A stretch of DNA of 64,000 bases from Ylistrum balloti (Eukaryota), in assembly GCF_031769215.1 (NCBI RefSeq), contig NW_026782172.1:124001-188000 (forward strand). The letters are read 5' to 3'. The position numbers were made by a program, and so were the translations under genes. The notes beneath the pieces are model-generated. The model worked only from the letters and a program-made list of their open reading frames with translations. It ran no database searches and was not told the DNA's origin. Below, piece by piece: positions 12,901 to 27,589 of the stretch. Each line of letters starts with the position of its first letter. Position 1 is the stretch's first letter.

Positions 12901-15900
12901 GACTTGGTCTAACAATGACTCTTCATGACGAAAATAACTTCTTCTGACAGAGATGAATTCATTTTGGTGACCTGAACATTATCGATCAACAGAGAAACAA
13001 AACTATCGCCGGCGTGTAATCTGTTTATTTGTATGGTCTATTGGCAAGTTTGTTTTAATGGATGAGGCACAAAAACAGCTTGTACAACAAACACAAAAGT
13101 GAATAGCGTCTTTTAATACAATTTAAAGTAAGATAAGATTCAAACACCGAATTAAACTGCATTATACAGCTGCATCGTCCTTCTAGGACTCGTCAATGAT
13201 GCCAAGGGCCTAAATGTTAAACCTACGTGGCGACTGAAGAAAATCCATTCAGTTTCTATGATGAATCATATAAGAATAATTCTATCGTACTCCGTGTTAT
13301 TATTTGTATAGATAACTAGTTTACATCTTATATTCATTTCATAATATTTGTGTTTCCCTAAATACATATAAAATACATATATATGAAATCAAATTACATT
13401 TGGAAGAAAAAACGTTTGCGTAGTATAAAATGGCCGTTATATGGAATATTGATATGAACGGTGTATTATCGGAAATTGTTTCCGATTTCAGTTGTTTGAG
13501 AAATTATGGACCAATCATCGCATGACGTCAAATTTGTATTGATCACGTAATTTGCCTGTTATTTTCTTATTCAACCCGTACATCAGAAGAGAAAGAACAT
13601 ATGTACGGTCACTTCCCGAATTGGATGTAATATATGCGATGTCCTCTGCTTTTTGTACATTGGGAAGAAACCCAGTAATAAGACCTGATGTAAATACATG
13701 CGATATGATATATGTGGTGTTTTTCTCTGCTGGAATTTCACTCGTGTTCATTGGCTGACATTAAACTCCAATCAGAAGGTTCTCTTTTTTAACTTGATGC
13801 CTGATAAATCCTGTGTCGATTGCAAACTTTATCTCAAATAACGATGAATGTTACAGACAATGTAACATGATGTATATGAGTCAAAAGTCAAACCTCCATT
13901 GTGTGTATTCAAATCAATGGCGAGGCTATCGACATAATATTGATCATAAATAGTTTTATGGATATCTATACCTTGGAACCAAGTGTTGAACATGTGTTGA
14001 AAACTTGATAAATATTCTTCATGCTCTTTTCGGATTGGTTGTCCTTAATTCAGTTCTATCATAACATGAAATCAAATTCACGGATATCTGTGAGAAGAAA
14101 TCAGCTTTAAGCCATTGCTAACTTGACGTTTATTGATGCAAGATCAGTAACTATTTTCTGTGTCGGATATTTCAGTAGTGATCCAGCTCTCCACATTTTA
14201 TTGCTTGAGGGAATGGACTATACATAGAAGTTAACACTATCACATGGAAGTTAATCCATGTAATTTCTTTTCTTTTCAATTAAAGGATATTTCCTATGTT
14301 GCTGAATAAAAACAGCGTGTTATTACAAGCAAAGGGTGGCCACCCTTTTAATGATTTGGGAATCTAGATTTCGCAAGAAGTGTCATTAATTTCAGGATAC
14401 CCATGATAATTATATTATATGAAAGAATTTTTATGAAACTGTTTAATAACATATATAATAATATATCAACATATCATTAATATAATCTTAATTCTTTAAC
14501 CAAACTTTATCAAAATTAATTTTTTTTCAATTTAGAGATGTAATTCACTAATTAGAATTATGGAAATCTTTCTTATGAGAAATTCAATCTTCGTCGACTA
14601 TACCGCCAATAAGACCGCATTCTCCAATCTAAACTTTTGTTTTCATATACCGTATACCCCTATTATATTGAAACATCTCAATATGCATCATCTCTCATTC
14701 ATGATCAGCCTTAATAGGCAAAAAATAAAATACGAATGGAATTGGAATATATNNNNNNNNNNNNNNNNNNNNNNNNNNNNNNNNNNNNNNNNNNNNNNNN
14801 NNNNNNNNNNNNNNNNNNNNNNNNNNNNNNNNNNNNNNNNNNNNNNNNNNNNNNNNNNNNNNNNNNNNNNNNNNNNNNNNNNNNNNNNNNNNNNNNNNNN
14901 TTTGTTTTATTTCGTGTTTTTTTTTAACCATTTCGGCGTTTGTGTGATTGCAGGCACCATGCGATGAGGAAATGTTATGCATGAATGGATCAGACAAAGT
15001 AATCGACAAGTTGTGTGTGTCATCAAAAACCGACCAGATGGAATAATCTATTTGTAAATGGCAAAAGTGATGCATAACATTACATAAAAGTTAGGCCTTA
15101 ATGAATAAAATTAATACTGATAACGTTAAATCAGCAGTATTGGGGAACAGGCGTACGGATGGAAATGAAAGAAATGTCTCCTCAAGACAAAGTTTCAGTT
15201 CTGAATACTGCTGCTGAAAATATTAATGTCATTGAGATTCGTTTATCAAAACATAGATTAAAGATTTCATATCTGCCTTAGTAGTTATCCGACCGGAATA
15301 GAACGATTTTTTTTACAGCTGCTTCTATTAGTTTGTGGATATGTAGCCGGGTGTTCTCCCGCCACAAAAATTGCACTTGTTTCCGGAATATTTGTCAATG
15401 TGATGGAACTTTAAATGTGTTCTCCCTAATTCTGTCATCAGTAGACAGTATCTCAATGGCTTTGGCTGTTCATGTCTCCTCAGAAACCTATCCCGATATA
15501 ACCCTTTGAGAAGAAAAGTTTAACTGAAAGCTAATTTGTTGAAACAATACAACAATATCACATTTATTTTCCACCCAGTACTGAGAAAACGTAAAATTAA
15601 ACATGGCTGAAGAAGCAGGAAGTCGCTTAGTCTAATTCTCAATCAACTTTCTTGGAAATATTCCATGTCGAATATTCATAATTTCGAGAAAATAATAAGT
15701 TGACCATTACCAAATAGAAGCTGTTCTGCCTCTTACAACTAGGACATTTAACATCTCAATCCAGTACTGAGCGTTTCCTGGAGTCACCTCGATAAATTAA
15801 GAAATCAGGGGAAGTACAGGGGCATGGCTAAAACACACTGAATTCTATCATTGACAGTATCCATGCTGTCATTTCACTGTTAATAAGGTCCTTTAATGAA

Positions 15901-18900
15901 AAGTGTCTGGCTAGCAAATAACGCTTTTGGTCCTGAACACTTGCTACACCAGGTTACGTGTAGTGAGTTTTACTACATTAAGAAATAATATGTCATTTTT
16001 TCATGTGTAATCTTAAACCACTGGCAGGTCGTGTAATTAAAACTTTCATGTTGCCATTTTGATACGAGAAAGTTTTCATTTCAATTTCACACAGGCTTGT
16101 TAATATCGCTGACACAGTCACGTCTTTTCAGAATTTAAAGAAAACATACATCTTCATTGTTGACCTTGACCTTTTACTGGCCAAGCAAACCAACACCAGT
16201 TCGGGGCAAACACACGTAACAGATACACAACTAAAATACACACATAATTAATTTTTTTTAAACTTTCAGTTTTTCAAAGCACCTTATGTTCTCATATCAG
16301 AGATAAAAAGCATCCTCTCTCGGCATCGCACATGTCATGCTTCAGTATATATTTTATACATTCATACTCACTTCGGCGCGATAAACAACATTTTTGTCAT
16401 TCATGTAACGAATATTTTGATTGGTCTACGACTATACTGATCGACTACGCAGTTTTTTCTTTATTTATAAGTTTGTCGTCTCAGTGTGCCATTGAGGAGA
16501 AGATGGATTCATTCATGCCACGGATCAGTGTCCATGAATCACGTGACCGTCGCTGTTGTCGTATCGATATGACGAGATTGTAGATGCCATGACCCACGAC
16601 ATTAGTCATTAATGACACATTTGATACGATTAGTATGAAGCTCTTAAAAACAGACGTCTTTGCGGGAGTCATACAAAGCAAAACCACATTAGCCATAGCA
16701 ATAGATGCATATCAATGAGTTATTGCTATTTACAAAAAACATGTGAAAAATACAATAAGTCAATTATTACTAAAAGGTTAAGAGAATCATAATCCAAAAC
16801 TAGGTCAAAGAACCAAAAAAAGAAGGATTTACATGGTGACTCCTGAAAATGTACAAGGCGAATAGGACCAGGTGTTCCTGAAGAATACAGTGTAAACGTC
16901 TTCTGCTTCATCCACATCATCCGCCATGTAAACCTTGATCAATGTAAGTTGGTAGTCAGACGAGTGAGGGCAAAGTATACAACAACGAAGCTAACATGCA
17001 AACTCAGGATAATCAACGCGTCCAGCTTTATCACATAAATCTCAATGAGATAACGAACATCAATCTTTCGACATTATATTCATCAACATACATCTATCGA
17101 AACGAAATATGATTTTGTCAGTTGACATCTTGAAAAAAATCAGGAAATCAGGAAAAGACCCTTAGGTAATGAATCAGTTTGTAAACACCAAAGTTCAGGA
17201 ATATTGCTATCAAGAAAAAGGAAAATTTCAATGATTAGGCTTATTATACAGTTTGGTGGAAAGATCTGCCTATTGGTTCATTATAGGAAAAGGCCTCGGT
17301 AAAGGGCTGATTTAGGAGAATCTGTCGTGTTTTTTAATTCTGGTGGACATTACCGATGGACGTGATCGTTATTTTAAGAGAAGATGTTATCAATATGTCT
17401 GACATTGAAAGGTCTTTGTGACCTGTTCTGATAAACTCTTCGATAAGAGGTAATGGGATGATAAATACTGTATAAAATGGTTACTGTGCTAAGATTTTAC
17501 AAATCCACACAATAGAACCTTCCAATACAAAGTAAGTAATAAACAGCATCTTACAACTGTTTCGTTCTAGTAGTGATATTGAATAATAAGTTGTTGAAAC
17601 CTCTGTGTCGACTGAGAAAAAGTCAAATCAACACCAGATGGAGACCGACAATATCCCCAAAGTATATCTGTATATTTCCGATTTTAATTACTGCTTATAC
17701 ATGTGGTTCAAACGAACTGATCCATACATGCACTCGTGGATTCTGTTGTTTTACTAATTTTAGCAGAAAATCAAAGAAATATAGATTTCAGCATTTTTAT
17801 ATTTCCAACACGCATTTTCCCTTTCGATATTAGTATTGGTCCCTTCATAGTTGCTACACTTAAAGTTATTTTGTTAATTTTCTCTTAGAAATTTATCCTG
17901 AAAAACCATCCATAATATACTTCTGTATTTCAACAAAAATCAATGGTTTATTTTTAGTAAAATTTCATTTCTTACATAACGGTGTTTCAGTGGCAGGAAT
18001 TCTAATTAATTAATCAGTGCACTTGTGACTATGAAGCCAGCCGACATGCGTCGATTTTACGTTTTAGGGTTCGAACCTTACACAGAAAAAAGAGTAGTTT
18101 AAAATGTTTTTTCTTTTACGTTAATTACCAATAATTTGCTCTCACGTACTTGCTTTATCATAAAATCATTTTTACATGTACATACAAATACAGAACAAAA
18201 ACACGAGTGAATAGTATATTTCAAAACAGATATAGGATTATAAACATTAGAACCAAAGGACTGCATAGTACATTCGGATCGTCTTTGTAGAACTCGTGTA
18301 TATTTGTGTTCTGAACTAGGAGAGTATCAATTCAGGCTAACTTACCCACATCTTTAATAGCATATATGTGTTCCTTTTTGTTTCAGTACTCGAGAGAAGT
18401 TGGCTGAATTAATGAAGAGCAACCTTATACAATACGGTATCATCTCCTTGGTTGTACTTGACAGCGTCATCATCCTACTCGAATTTCTCATCGACCTTGA
18501 AATGATACATAGTAAGTGTTGTAATTCTAAAACCGATAATTAAGATTTGTTTAATGTGTAGTTAATCCGCAGTGTTAGAGGGAAATCGTCATGCTATAAT
18601 ACTCATATTTTGTATTTTACTAATAATGCAATGTATTTATTTAACACACTATTACTGTAATGCATTTACGTTACAATAATTGTTTTGATATTTAATTTAC
18701 AGAATCATATATAACAACTAACAAATGTCAATCGACAGTACACGTAAAACACATCAATCATTTACCCTGGTGAGTACAGGTGACTTGTGTAAGACATGTC
18801 TAAAATGCAGACGCAAAAAGTGTCTTAATTTGTCTAGGGCTTTTATCTTCCTGGTTACAGTTTGTAAGCTTTAATGCCTTTTCCTTTGCTAACTTTCTGA

Positions 18901-21900
18901 AAAATCGTTTACCATAGACTGTCGCAGTACGAGAGTTTTGAACGCGTCAAAATAATTATGAATCCGATCTCAGTGATCATGATGACTGATAAAGGGTGGA
19001 AAAGTCTAGCAAGGATTGAATGTGTACATCAAACGTTTGTGCTGTTGACTGTATGGTACAGGTTATCAATGCAATAACTACATTACTTGTGTAATGTGCT
19101 TTTGATTGCAATTACGTCATGCTGCAGTGAATTAGAACCTTCCGTAGATGACTAAATACATGTAATATAGCAAATCTACCACAAAATCATGTTTACAAAA
19201 CCCAAAAGAAAAGAAACAAGTGCTGGAACCAAAGTTTTATACAGATGCGTTCAGTGAAATATCGAATCAAGAAAATATCAAAATGTCAATATAATCATAG
19301 TTCAATGAAACAAGAGAATGATTTTAAAAAAAAGATTAATACAGAAACTCCTGAAAAAAGGACGAGGAGAATTAGACGAGATGTTCCGTAAGCGTCTTCT
19401 GCTTCATCGCCGATTCACGCCATGTAAACCTAGGTCAATGCAAATAAGTAATGCCACGGTCTCAAATAAGAACAAGGTATATAACGATGGAGCCAACATT
19501 TAACGTGCATCCTAACGGTTTCTACAGCTGTAACTGTCTGGATAGTGTGGACATAATCTGCTGGTATATGCGAGAAAGAAGGCGATTAAATGTATCTTTG
19601 TGATTAAACTGTAACTTCAGGTCATCATGCTAAATGTTTGCAAGTCAGGTTCTAGATGGGGATATGCAGTAGCTCTAATATTCAAAATAATCTCACGAGA
19701 ATAGTTCTACGCGCCACCATTTTAAATTAAGGTAAATTAAAACGTGACTTACAGTTTACGGCTTTTTGAAAAAAAATCTTCTGATGGATTTAAAATAAAT
19801 ATTTCATTTTTGAGATATCAATTATTTAGTCTAATCCTGGACTGGGTTTTCGGGCTTGAACAGAGACCAAGACCAAGCAACGATGACATTAAACAAAGAT
19901 GGCAGTTTGTGTTTAAGGTCGTAAGCACCTTGATGTTAATATGGAATTTCTACAACGTAGAAAGACGTAACATCATCGATGAACATTCTCTGTGGACTCA
20001 GTCTAAGGTATATACCGATACGAGCGTAGTTTTTGAGATATCAATACATTTACTGAAGTACTCGTTAGAGACGACAAATAAATGTCTACCTAGACAATTA
20101 TTCAATACTCTTTGGAAAGTTGAAAGGATTATCTTAAAGGTAGTGTGTTAGATCTACGGCCATGACACGTATATGTGGATCAAGGATTCCTGTATTTTCC
20201 GCCTCAAAACGACCCCGTTTTGCAACGCAACAATTAAAAAACGCTTCCCTCGACGACTTCAAACTGCTCCTTCTGCCACTGTAAAGACAAAATCGAGACA
20301 GAAAACACTGTTCCATTGTCGTAAGGCCTAAAGATACAGATACGATGATTATTACAGGTTTGTCAGAATTGGTTCAGAGAAGGACTTTCCCTCGGTAGGC
20401 TTTCAGCCTGTTGCGGACAGACAGACAATGTCCCAACAATGCTCTTGATCCGAGGTTACGAATCGATTGCGAAAATGTAATGGACATCCTTAGCGGTTGT
20501 GTTTTGTCACTACAATCAAAATACCATGTTAATCGACGCCGAGACTTTCCGATCTGCACCGTGCTTTAGCCATTTCCCTCTGTATTTGTGACAGACGGGT
20601 AATAATACTACAGTGGATAGATAGCTAGATGATGTGAATTTCAAGTCCTGAAAATGGAAGGAACATCTGTTAGTCGTGGAGATTTTCCGTCATATATATC
20701 TTCTGTGTTGAATTATTTTGGTAACCTCCCTGTGTTCGATAACGTAAATTCTTACCATGTTCTTACATGACAAAAAACGTCTTTTCGTGTATTTATTCAT
20801 CTAATTCTGAATCCATGCGTCTTAATAACATTTCAGTATTTACTCATTAATTGAAAATGACATTTGGATTTAAAAAACTCCAAAGAGCTTTTGACCAATC
20901 TTCGGCGCCCACTCCTAAAAACAGGGTTTTTTGTCTTTCTTTAAAAATCATTTTGAATGTTCCACTTTTTACACCTCCATATCCCAACATGAAGAAGTTC
21001 TCTTTTTGTGAGAGCTTTCGTTTCCACGATGGTACAACTATATTTGAACTGTGTTGGGACATATTTTGTAAAATTACGTCCGAATCAAAAAAAGAAAGAT
21101 ACGAAGGCAGACAGCGTATAACAGTTCCAGTAGATTATAGATGTAGTCTCGTCGACTTTGGTGGTAAGATCTTTCAACAGACTATTGATATACCTATATT
21201 AACACATTGTGTCCCTCGATTTGCTGTGTAGTTCGTATGTTTACACACTGCTGAATTTACTAATGAACTTATCAAAAGAGCCACTTATTTCTTTTGCGGA
21301 TATGTTGATGAGGCTTGTTGACCATGTCCATCATATATACGCATTAGAATCTGAAATCAAAGGCACATACTTTGTGAATGTAATTCAATTTTCCTATTGT
21401 ATTTTTTTCATTTCTGGATATCAGCACCTCTTCACCAACAACTTACATGACACACAGGTTCCACGTGCAATGTGTTTGATGTTAGATGATGCTCGTTAGT
21501 ATATCAGTTTGTTTCGTTCTTGATAATCATGTTTCTCATTTGAGAACGTTACTCGTGTTACTCAGATTTACATGGCGGGTGCCGTCGATGGAGCAGAAGA
21601 CGCTTACCACTCCGGAGTCCAAGTGTAAATGTTTCTCTTGTTTTTCTTTTGTCACAGTGTCATGGATTCTGCTTTTTAATTAAAATTCTGTTAACAGGTC
21701 GGTATAACCTTTGTTATTTGATAATATTCAATATTTTGATTACTTTTTTTTTATATCTGTTCACTGCTTCATTATGCTTGCCCTTTAAGGATTGCGTTGT
21801 CACCAGTTATAATTGTGAAAGGTCGGTTGGGTGGCGCAGTGGTAACGCACTCGCCTTTCACCTAGCTGACCGAGGTTCGATTCCCGGAATGCATGTGAAA

Positions 21901-24900
21901 AGGTTTGGGTCACCTGCCCGACCACGTGGGTTTTCCCCGGGTACTCTGGTTTCCTACCACACCAAGGCCCTTCGCGCCCTTCCATCTGAGCAAACAAGGG
22001 TGATTAATATCAGTTGGAGTAATTTGCTTCGCAATTGTTGTAAAATAAATAAAGTTTATAATTACTAGTAATGTCATATTGACAGGTGACACAGTGACTT
22101 TAAATAAATAGCTACTAGACAACCTTACTTTGTAGTAGAACAATACATGTACCTGATGTGATGTCAAGTTTTATCAGATTCCATACAGATCTACACATCG
22201 TCTGTGAAAGGAACGGGATTCGGATCCATTTTCATGATAACGTTGTTTCCTGTGTGATGTCTGGTAAAGTCAGAACTGAACTGTTTTCATTACGGATAAC
22301 TCATCATTGCTACATTTTACTGTCTGGACGGTCGGTATTGGTGAATTCAAACAGAAGGTTAGATCTGCCACCGTATAGGCGCTGTCACTTGGTTGGTTAC
22401 ATGTACTTTTGATACATGTTTAATTGAAATAACGAAATGTTACAGGACCTTTAACATCTTCTTGTTGTGACGTAAGTCATACAAATTCCATAAATAACCG
22501 TGTCGATATTTTCTGCTGATGTATATCGAACGTTCGTATTGATTTGATTCAGTGGTAAAATCATTGGATAAGTTCATGTCGCCATCATTTACAGAATATA
22601 AAACAAATAAGACCGAGATTCTTAATCTTAATCTAGACTCAATTTAAATAAAATTATTAAACAAAAGAATGATTAGCACAAAGAATCCTGGAAACCTCCA
22701 CGGAGAATAAGACCATGTAATACAGAAGAGTAAGCGTCTTCTGCTTCATCGAGGAGACCCGTCATGTAAATCTTGATCGATCCTTGTTGATACTGTGATG
22801 GCCTCAAATGTAAACAAGGTTTACCAATCAGAAACAACACGTCCAGCTTTATATCGCGATCGCACAAACAAATTAAACATTTCTAAATCAGATCACTATG
22901 AAGATAGTAAACAAATCCCCATAATTTTTTATCAGCATATATTGTTTTAACTTGTGTTAGGAGATTGTCCGTCAGTTGACAACTTCTTGCACGATAATTG
23001 TGGTAAAGGGAACAGAGTGTTGAACATCGGGTCCACTGAGACATGTAAACACCATAGATTGGGGATGCAGAGATTGCTTAATGCTGGTAGTATACACTTT
23101 ACATTCGGTTGGTGACAGTGGTAAAGACCTCGATGAAAAGTATACCAAACCTAACAACAACGATAAACGAAATTGCGATAAGGAAAATGAACGTCGTGTT
23201 TAAAATGATTTTCTCGGCGAAAGATTAGTGATTGTACACCAAGCGAAGGCTCTCAAATTGTAATTTTATAAATTATTTCTCATGTGTGATCTACATTTCA
23301 TTAACATTTGGGTATCATTACGGTTTTGTTAAGACGTCGGGCCTTTTGTTGATGTTGTAAATGTAATACTGTGTTATTATTCAGTTCCAGAGAATGATGT
23401 CAATGGATTGCATTCTCCGATGTTCAACAGTAGTATTAATCACACAGCAGAGCAGTATACAGAACTGCTATCAACGTCTCATCCTTTGAAAGCCCATGAT
23501 TCTGATGCTCACATTGAGCACAGCTCCCACGCAGTCCATCATGATAACCATATAGGAGAGGATCATAATATGACTGATGTCAATCACAATCACACGTTGT
23601 TAGGTCATGCTCACCACCATACCAACAAGGAATTTGCTGAACACGTACTTCATTATGCCAGTCTTACAATACTATCAATATTTGTCGTAGAGGTACGTTT
23701 TGGGGTTCTTTTGGGGTACATTTTTTACTTAAGCAATTTAAAACATGTATATTACTTTCTACGAAACACTGAGATGTAAGAAGTTTTCAGTCAAGCGGAA
23801 ACCGTAAATTGATAAAACGTTTTATTCTAACGAATATAACTACGGAACAAGACATTGATGGTTCGGTGCGGTATGGCGTGATGGTGTGGTGTGGTATGGT
23901 GTGATTGTTTGGCGTGACGCGTTATGGGTTGATGATGTGGTGTGGCGCGGTTTGATGTGGGTGTGTGGTGTTAGCGGTATGGCATGATGGTGTGGCGTGG
24001 CGCGGTATGGTGTAATGGTGTGGGTGTGGTATGGTTCGGTATGGCGTGATGGTGTGGTGTGGCGTGGTGCGGTATGGTGTGTTTGTGTTGTATTAGCGGT
24101 ATGGCGTGATGGTGTGGCGCGGTATGGTGTTTGTGCGTGGTGCCGCGCGGTATGGCGTGATTGTTTCGCGTGGCGCGTTATGGTGTGATGGTGTGGTGAG
24201 GTATGGTGTGGATGTATGGTTCGGTGCGGTATGGCGTGATGGTGTTGTGTCGCACGGTATGGTGTGATGTTGTGTAGTGTGGTGCGGTATGGCGTGCTTG
24301 GGTTGTGTTAGCGATATGGCGTGATTGTGTGGCGTGGCGCGGTATTGTGTGATGGTGTGGTGTGGTGCGGTGCGGTATGGTGTGGGTGTGGTATGGTGCG
24401 GTATGGCGTGATGGTGTGGCATGGCGCGATATGGTTGTGATGGTGTGGTGTGTTGCGGTATGGTGTGGGTGTGTGTTGTGATGCGGTATGGCGTGATGGT
24501 GTGGTGTGGTGTGGTGCGGTGCGGTATGGCGTGATGGTGTTGTGTCGCACGGTATGGTGTGATGTTGTGTAGTGTGGTGCAGTATGGTGTGTTTGGGTTG
24601 TGTTAGCGATATGGCGTGATTGTGTGGCGTGGCGCTGTATGGTGTGATGGTGTGGTGTGGTGCGGTGCGGTATGGTGTGGGTGTGGTATGGTGCGGTATG
24701 GCGTGATGGTGTGGCATGGCGCGGTATGGTGTGATGGTGTGGTGTGTTGCGGTATGGTGTGGGTGTGTGTTGTGGTGCGGTATGGCGTGATCGTGTGGTG
24801 TGGTGTGGTGCGGTGCGGTATGGTGTGATGGTGTGGTTTCGTGCGGTATGGTGTGGGTGTGGTATTGTGCGGTATGACGTGATGGTGTGGCGTGGCGCGG

Positions 24901-27527
24901 TATGGTGTGATGGTGTGGTGTGGTGCGGTATGGTGCGGGTGTGTGGTGCGGTGCGGTATGGCGTGATGGTGTGGTGCGGTGTGGTATGGTGTGGGTGTGT
25001 GGTATGGTGCGGTATGGCGTGGTGGTGTGGTGTGGAGCGGTATGGTGTATTTTAGTTGTGTTAGTGGTATGGCGTGGTGGTGTGGTTTGGCGCGGTATGT
25101 AGTGGGTGTGTGGTGTGGCGCGATATGGTGTGGGTGTGTGGTGTGGCGCGGTATGGTATATTGGTGTGGTGTGGCGCGGTATGGTGTGGGTGTGTGGTGT
25201 GACGCGGTATGGTGTGGGTGTGTGGTGTGGTGTGGGTGTGTGGTGCGATGCGGTGCGATGTGGGTGTGTGGTATGGTGCGGTATGGCGTGGTGGTGTGGT
25301 GTGGACCGGTATGGTGTATTTAAGTTGTGTTAGCGGTATGGCGTGGTGGTGTGGTTTGGCGCGGTATGGTGTGATGGTGTGGTGCGGTGCGGTATGGAGT
25401 GGGTGTGTGGTGTGGCGCGATATGGTGTGGGTGTGTGGTGTGGCGCGGTATGGTATATTGGTGTGGTGTGGCGCGGTATGGTGTGGGTGTGTGGTGTGAC
25501 GCGGTATGGTGTGGGTGTGTCGTGTGGCGCGGTATGGTATGATGGTGTGGTGTGGCGCGGTATGGTATGATGGTGTGGTGTGACGCGGTATGGTGTGGGT
25601 GTGTGGTGTGGCGCGGTGTGGTGTGGCGAGGTATGGTGTGATTGTGTTTAGAATAAGGAAACGTAGGACTGTATGTTTTATTATATCGTCTTTTTTTAGA
25701 AAGACATCACACTTACAAATGAAATATTAGATACCTTATTGTTTTTAATGGTCAACTAATTACAGATCGTTCTTTTTGTTTTCATTATAATAGAAATAAT
25801 TGTCGTAAGGTGATTTCAAACAATTAACCTTCAGTTTCTTTTAAGAAAAATACGTTAATCGATACTGCGATAAAAACATGTATACTTTGTTTTATCAAAG
25901 ACATCATGTTTCAAACATGTGGTATTGCAAATATCGTATATGAAGGAAAACTTATTTTCGTTAATCAATTAGCGGAGCAATTACGATGTAAAATTTGTTT
26001 TTATGTTTCCAAACTATTGACGTTATAGCGTTTTTTTTTATTTCAAATTTACAGGTTGCAGCCAAAATATATGCCGAAGGTACCCACTTACTAAAGCATA
26101 AAGCAGAGGTAAGACGAGTTCTGATGCTTGCTCACTTTCAGTAAAAGAACACGCAGAGATAGCTCATCATGTACAACATCAAACTTATCATCCTCCGAAG
26201 ATTCAAGCCATATGGTTCGATTCCACCATGGGATGGTCTGTGTTTCTAGGGAGACTATATTGTTCTTCACTGTTTTAGTTACCCTGTGGCACGACACTTT
26301 ACCACTGTTTTAGTTACCCTGTGGCAAGACACTTAACCACTGTTTTAGTTACCCTGTGGCACTACACTTTACCACTGTTTTATTTACCCTGGGGCACGAC
26401 ACTTTACCACTGTTTTAGTTATCCTGTGGCACGACACTTTACCACTGTTTTAGTTACCCTGTGGCACGACACTTTACCACTGTTTTAGTTACCCTGTGGC
26501 ACGACATTTGACCACTGTTTTAGTTACCCTGTGGCACGACACTTTACCACTGTTTTAGTTACCCTGTGGCACGACACTTTACCACTGTTTTAGTTACCCT
26601 GTGGCACGACACTTTACCACATTTTTTTTTCTGTTGGGCTGTCAATAGTTCCACAGTGAGATAGTCACTGACTAGTACAGGAAGGTTCCGCCTAAAATTG
26701 ATCTTGACTGTTCAAAGTGGCGATTGCCAGACACGGCTGCTTGACATTGCTCTCATTTACATCGATCTTCGAAATTCGCTAATACCCTAAGATTAAATCG
26801 GTCTATATTTTATGTTGTAGGTATTTGACGCCATTGTTGTGTTGGTCTCCTTTACATTGGATATAATTTTCTCTTTCGTCAACGTAACTGATGCAGCTAG
26901 GGACGCCGCTGGTCTCATGGTTATCCTCCGTCTATGGCGAATCACAAGGATCATCAACGGTAAAATATACTGTTTATCATTATCGAATCAATGCAGTCAT
27001 ATAAAGGCCATATTGTGTTTGTATATAGATCACACCACAAGTATAGACTACTTATGTTTTTCCGGTATTTGTCACTGATTTTTATAGAACGCCGTCGGAT
27101 AAAAATTTAGGTAATAGAGCGTTTCCATGGTAACAAATATTGCATTTAGGGAATGAAAGCAGCTGCCTGAATGTGAAGTTTTTAGAATGATGATTTTTAC
27201 ATCTTAATTCAAGCCCGAATATCTAGATACTGTTCACGAAAAGAAAATATCTCTCGAGAGAAATGAGTAATACAGATATTTCATGCTGGTAAAGGCAAAT
27301 TGGTAAAATAGACAAAATAGTAACCAATATTGCTACATAATTTTCAGGGGTGATCATATCTGTTAAAATGGTTACCAATATCGCTACATAATTTTCAGGT
27401 GTGATCATATCTGTTAAAATGGACGCAGATAAGAAAATCGAAGAACAGAAAGCAGCGCGCAGCAGAGCAGAGGAAGAAGTAGAGAAGTTGAAAAACCAAG
27501 TGACATCGTTAGAGGTGAAATAACTTT

Positions 27528-27589
<62 letters not shown>

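Noticed and set aside
14560-15075. ORFs of 126-135 aa spanning the gap
   Set aside because: Their length comes from the N run.
21821-21890. tRNA gene
   Set aside because: A and B boxes are present but there is no complete cloverleaf or terminator. It continues into a SINE body with a second copy at the window end.
23997-25570. His/Thr/Pro-rich and Val/Trp/Cys/Gly-rich ORFs
   Set aside because: They are translations of the pentamer satellite in multiple frames on both strands.
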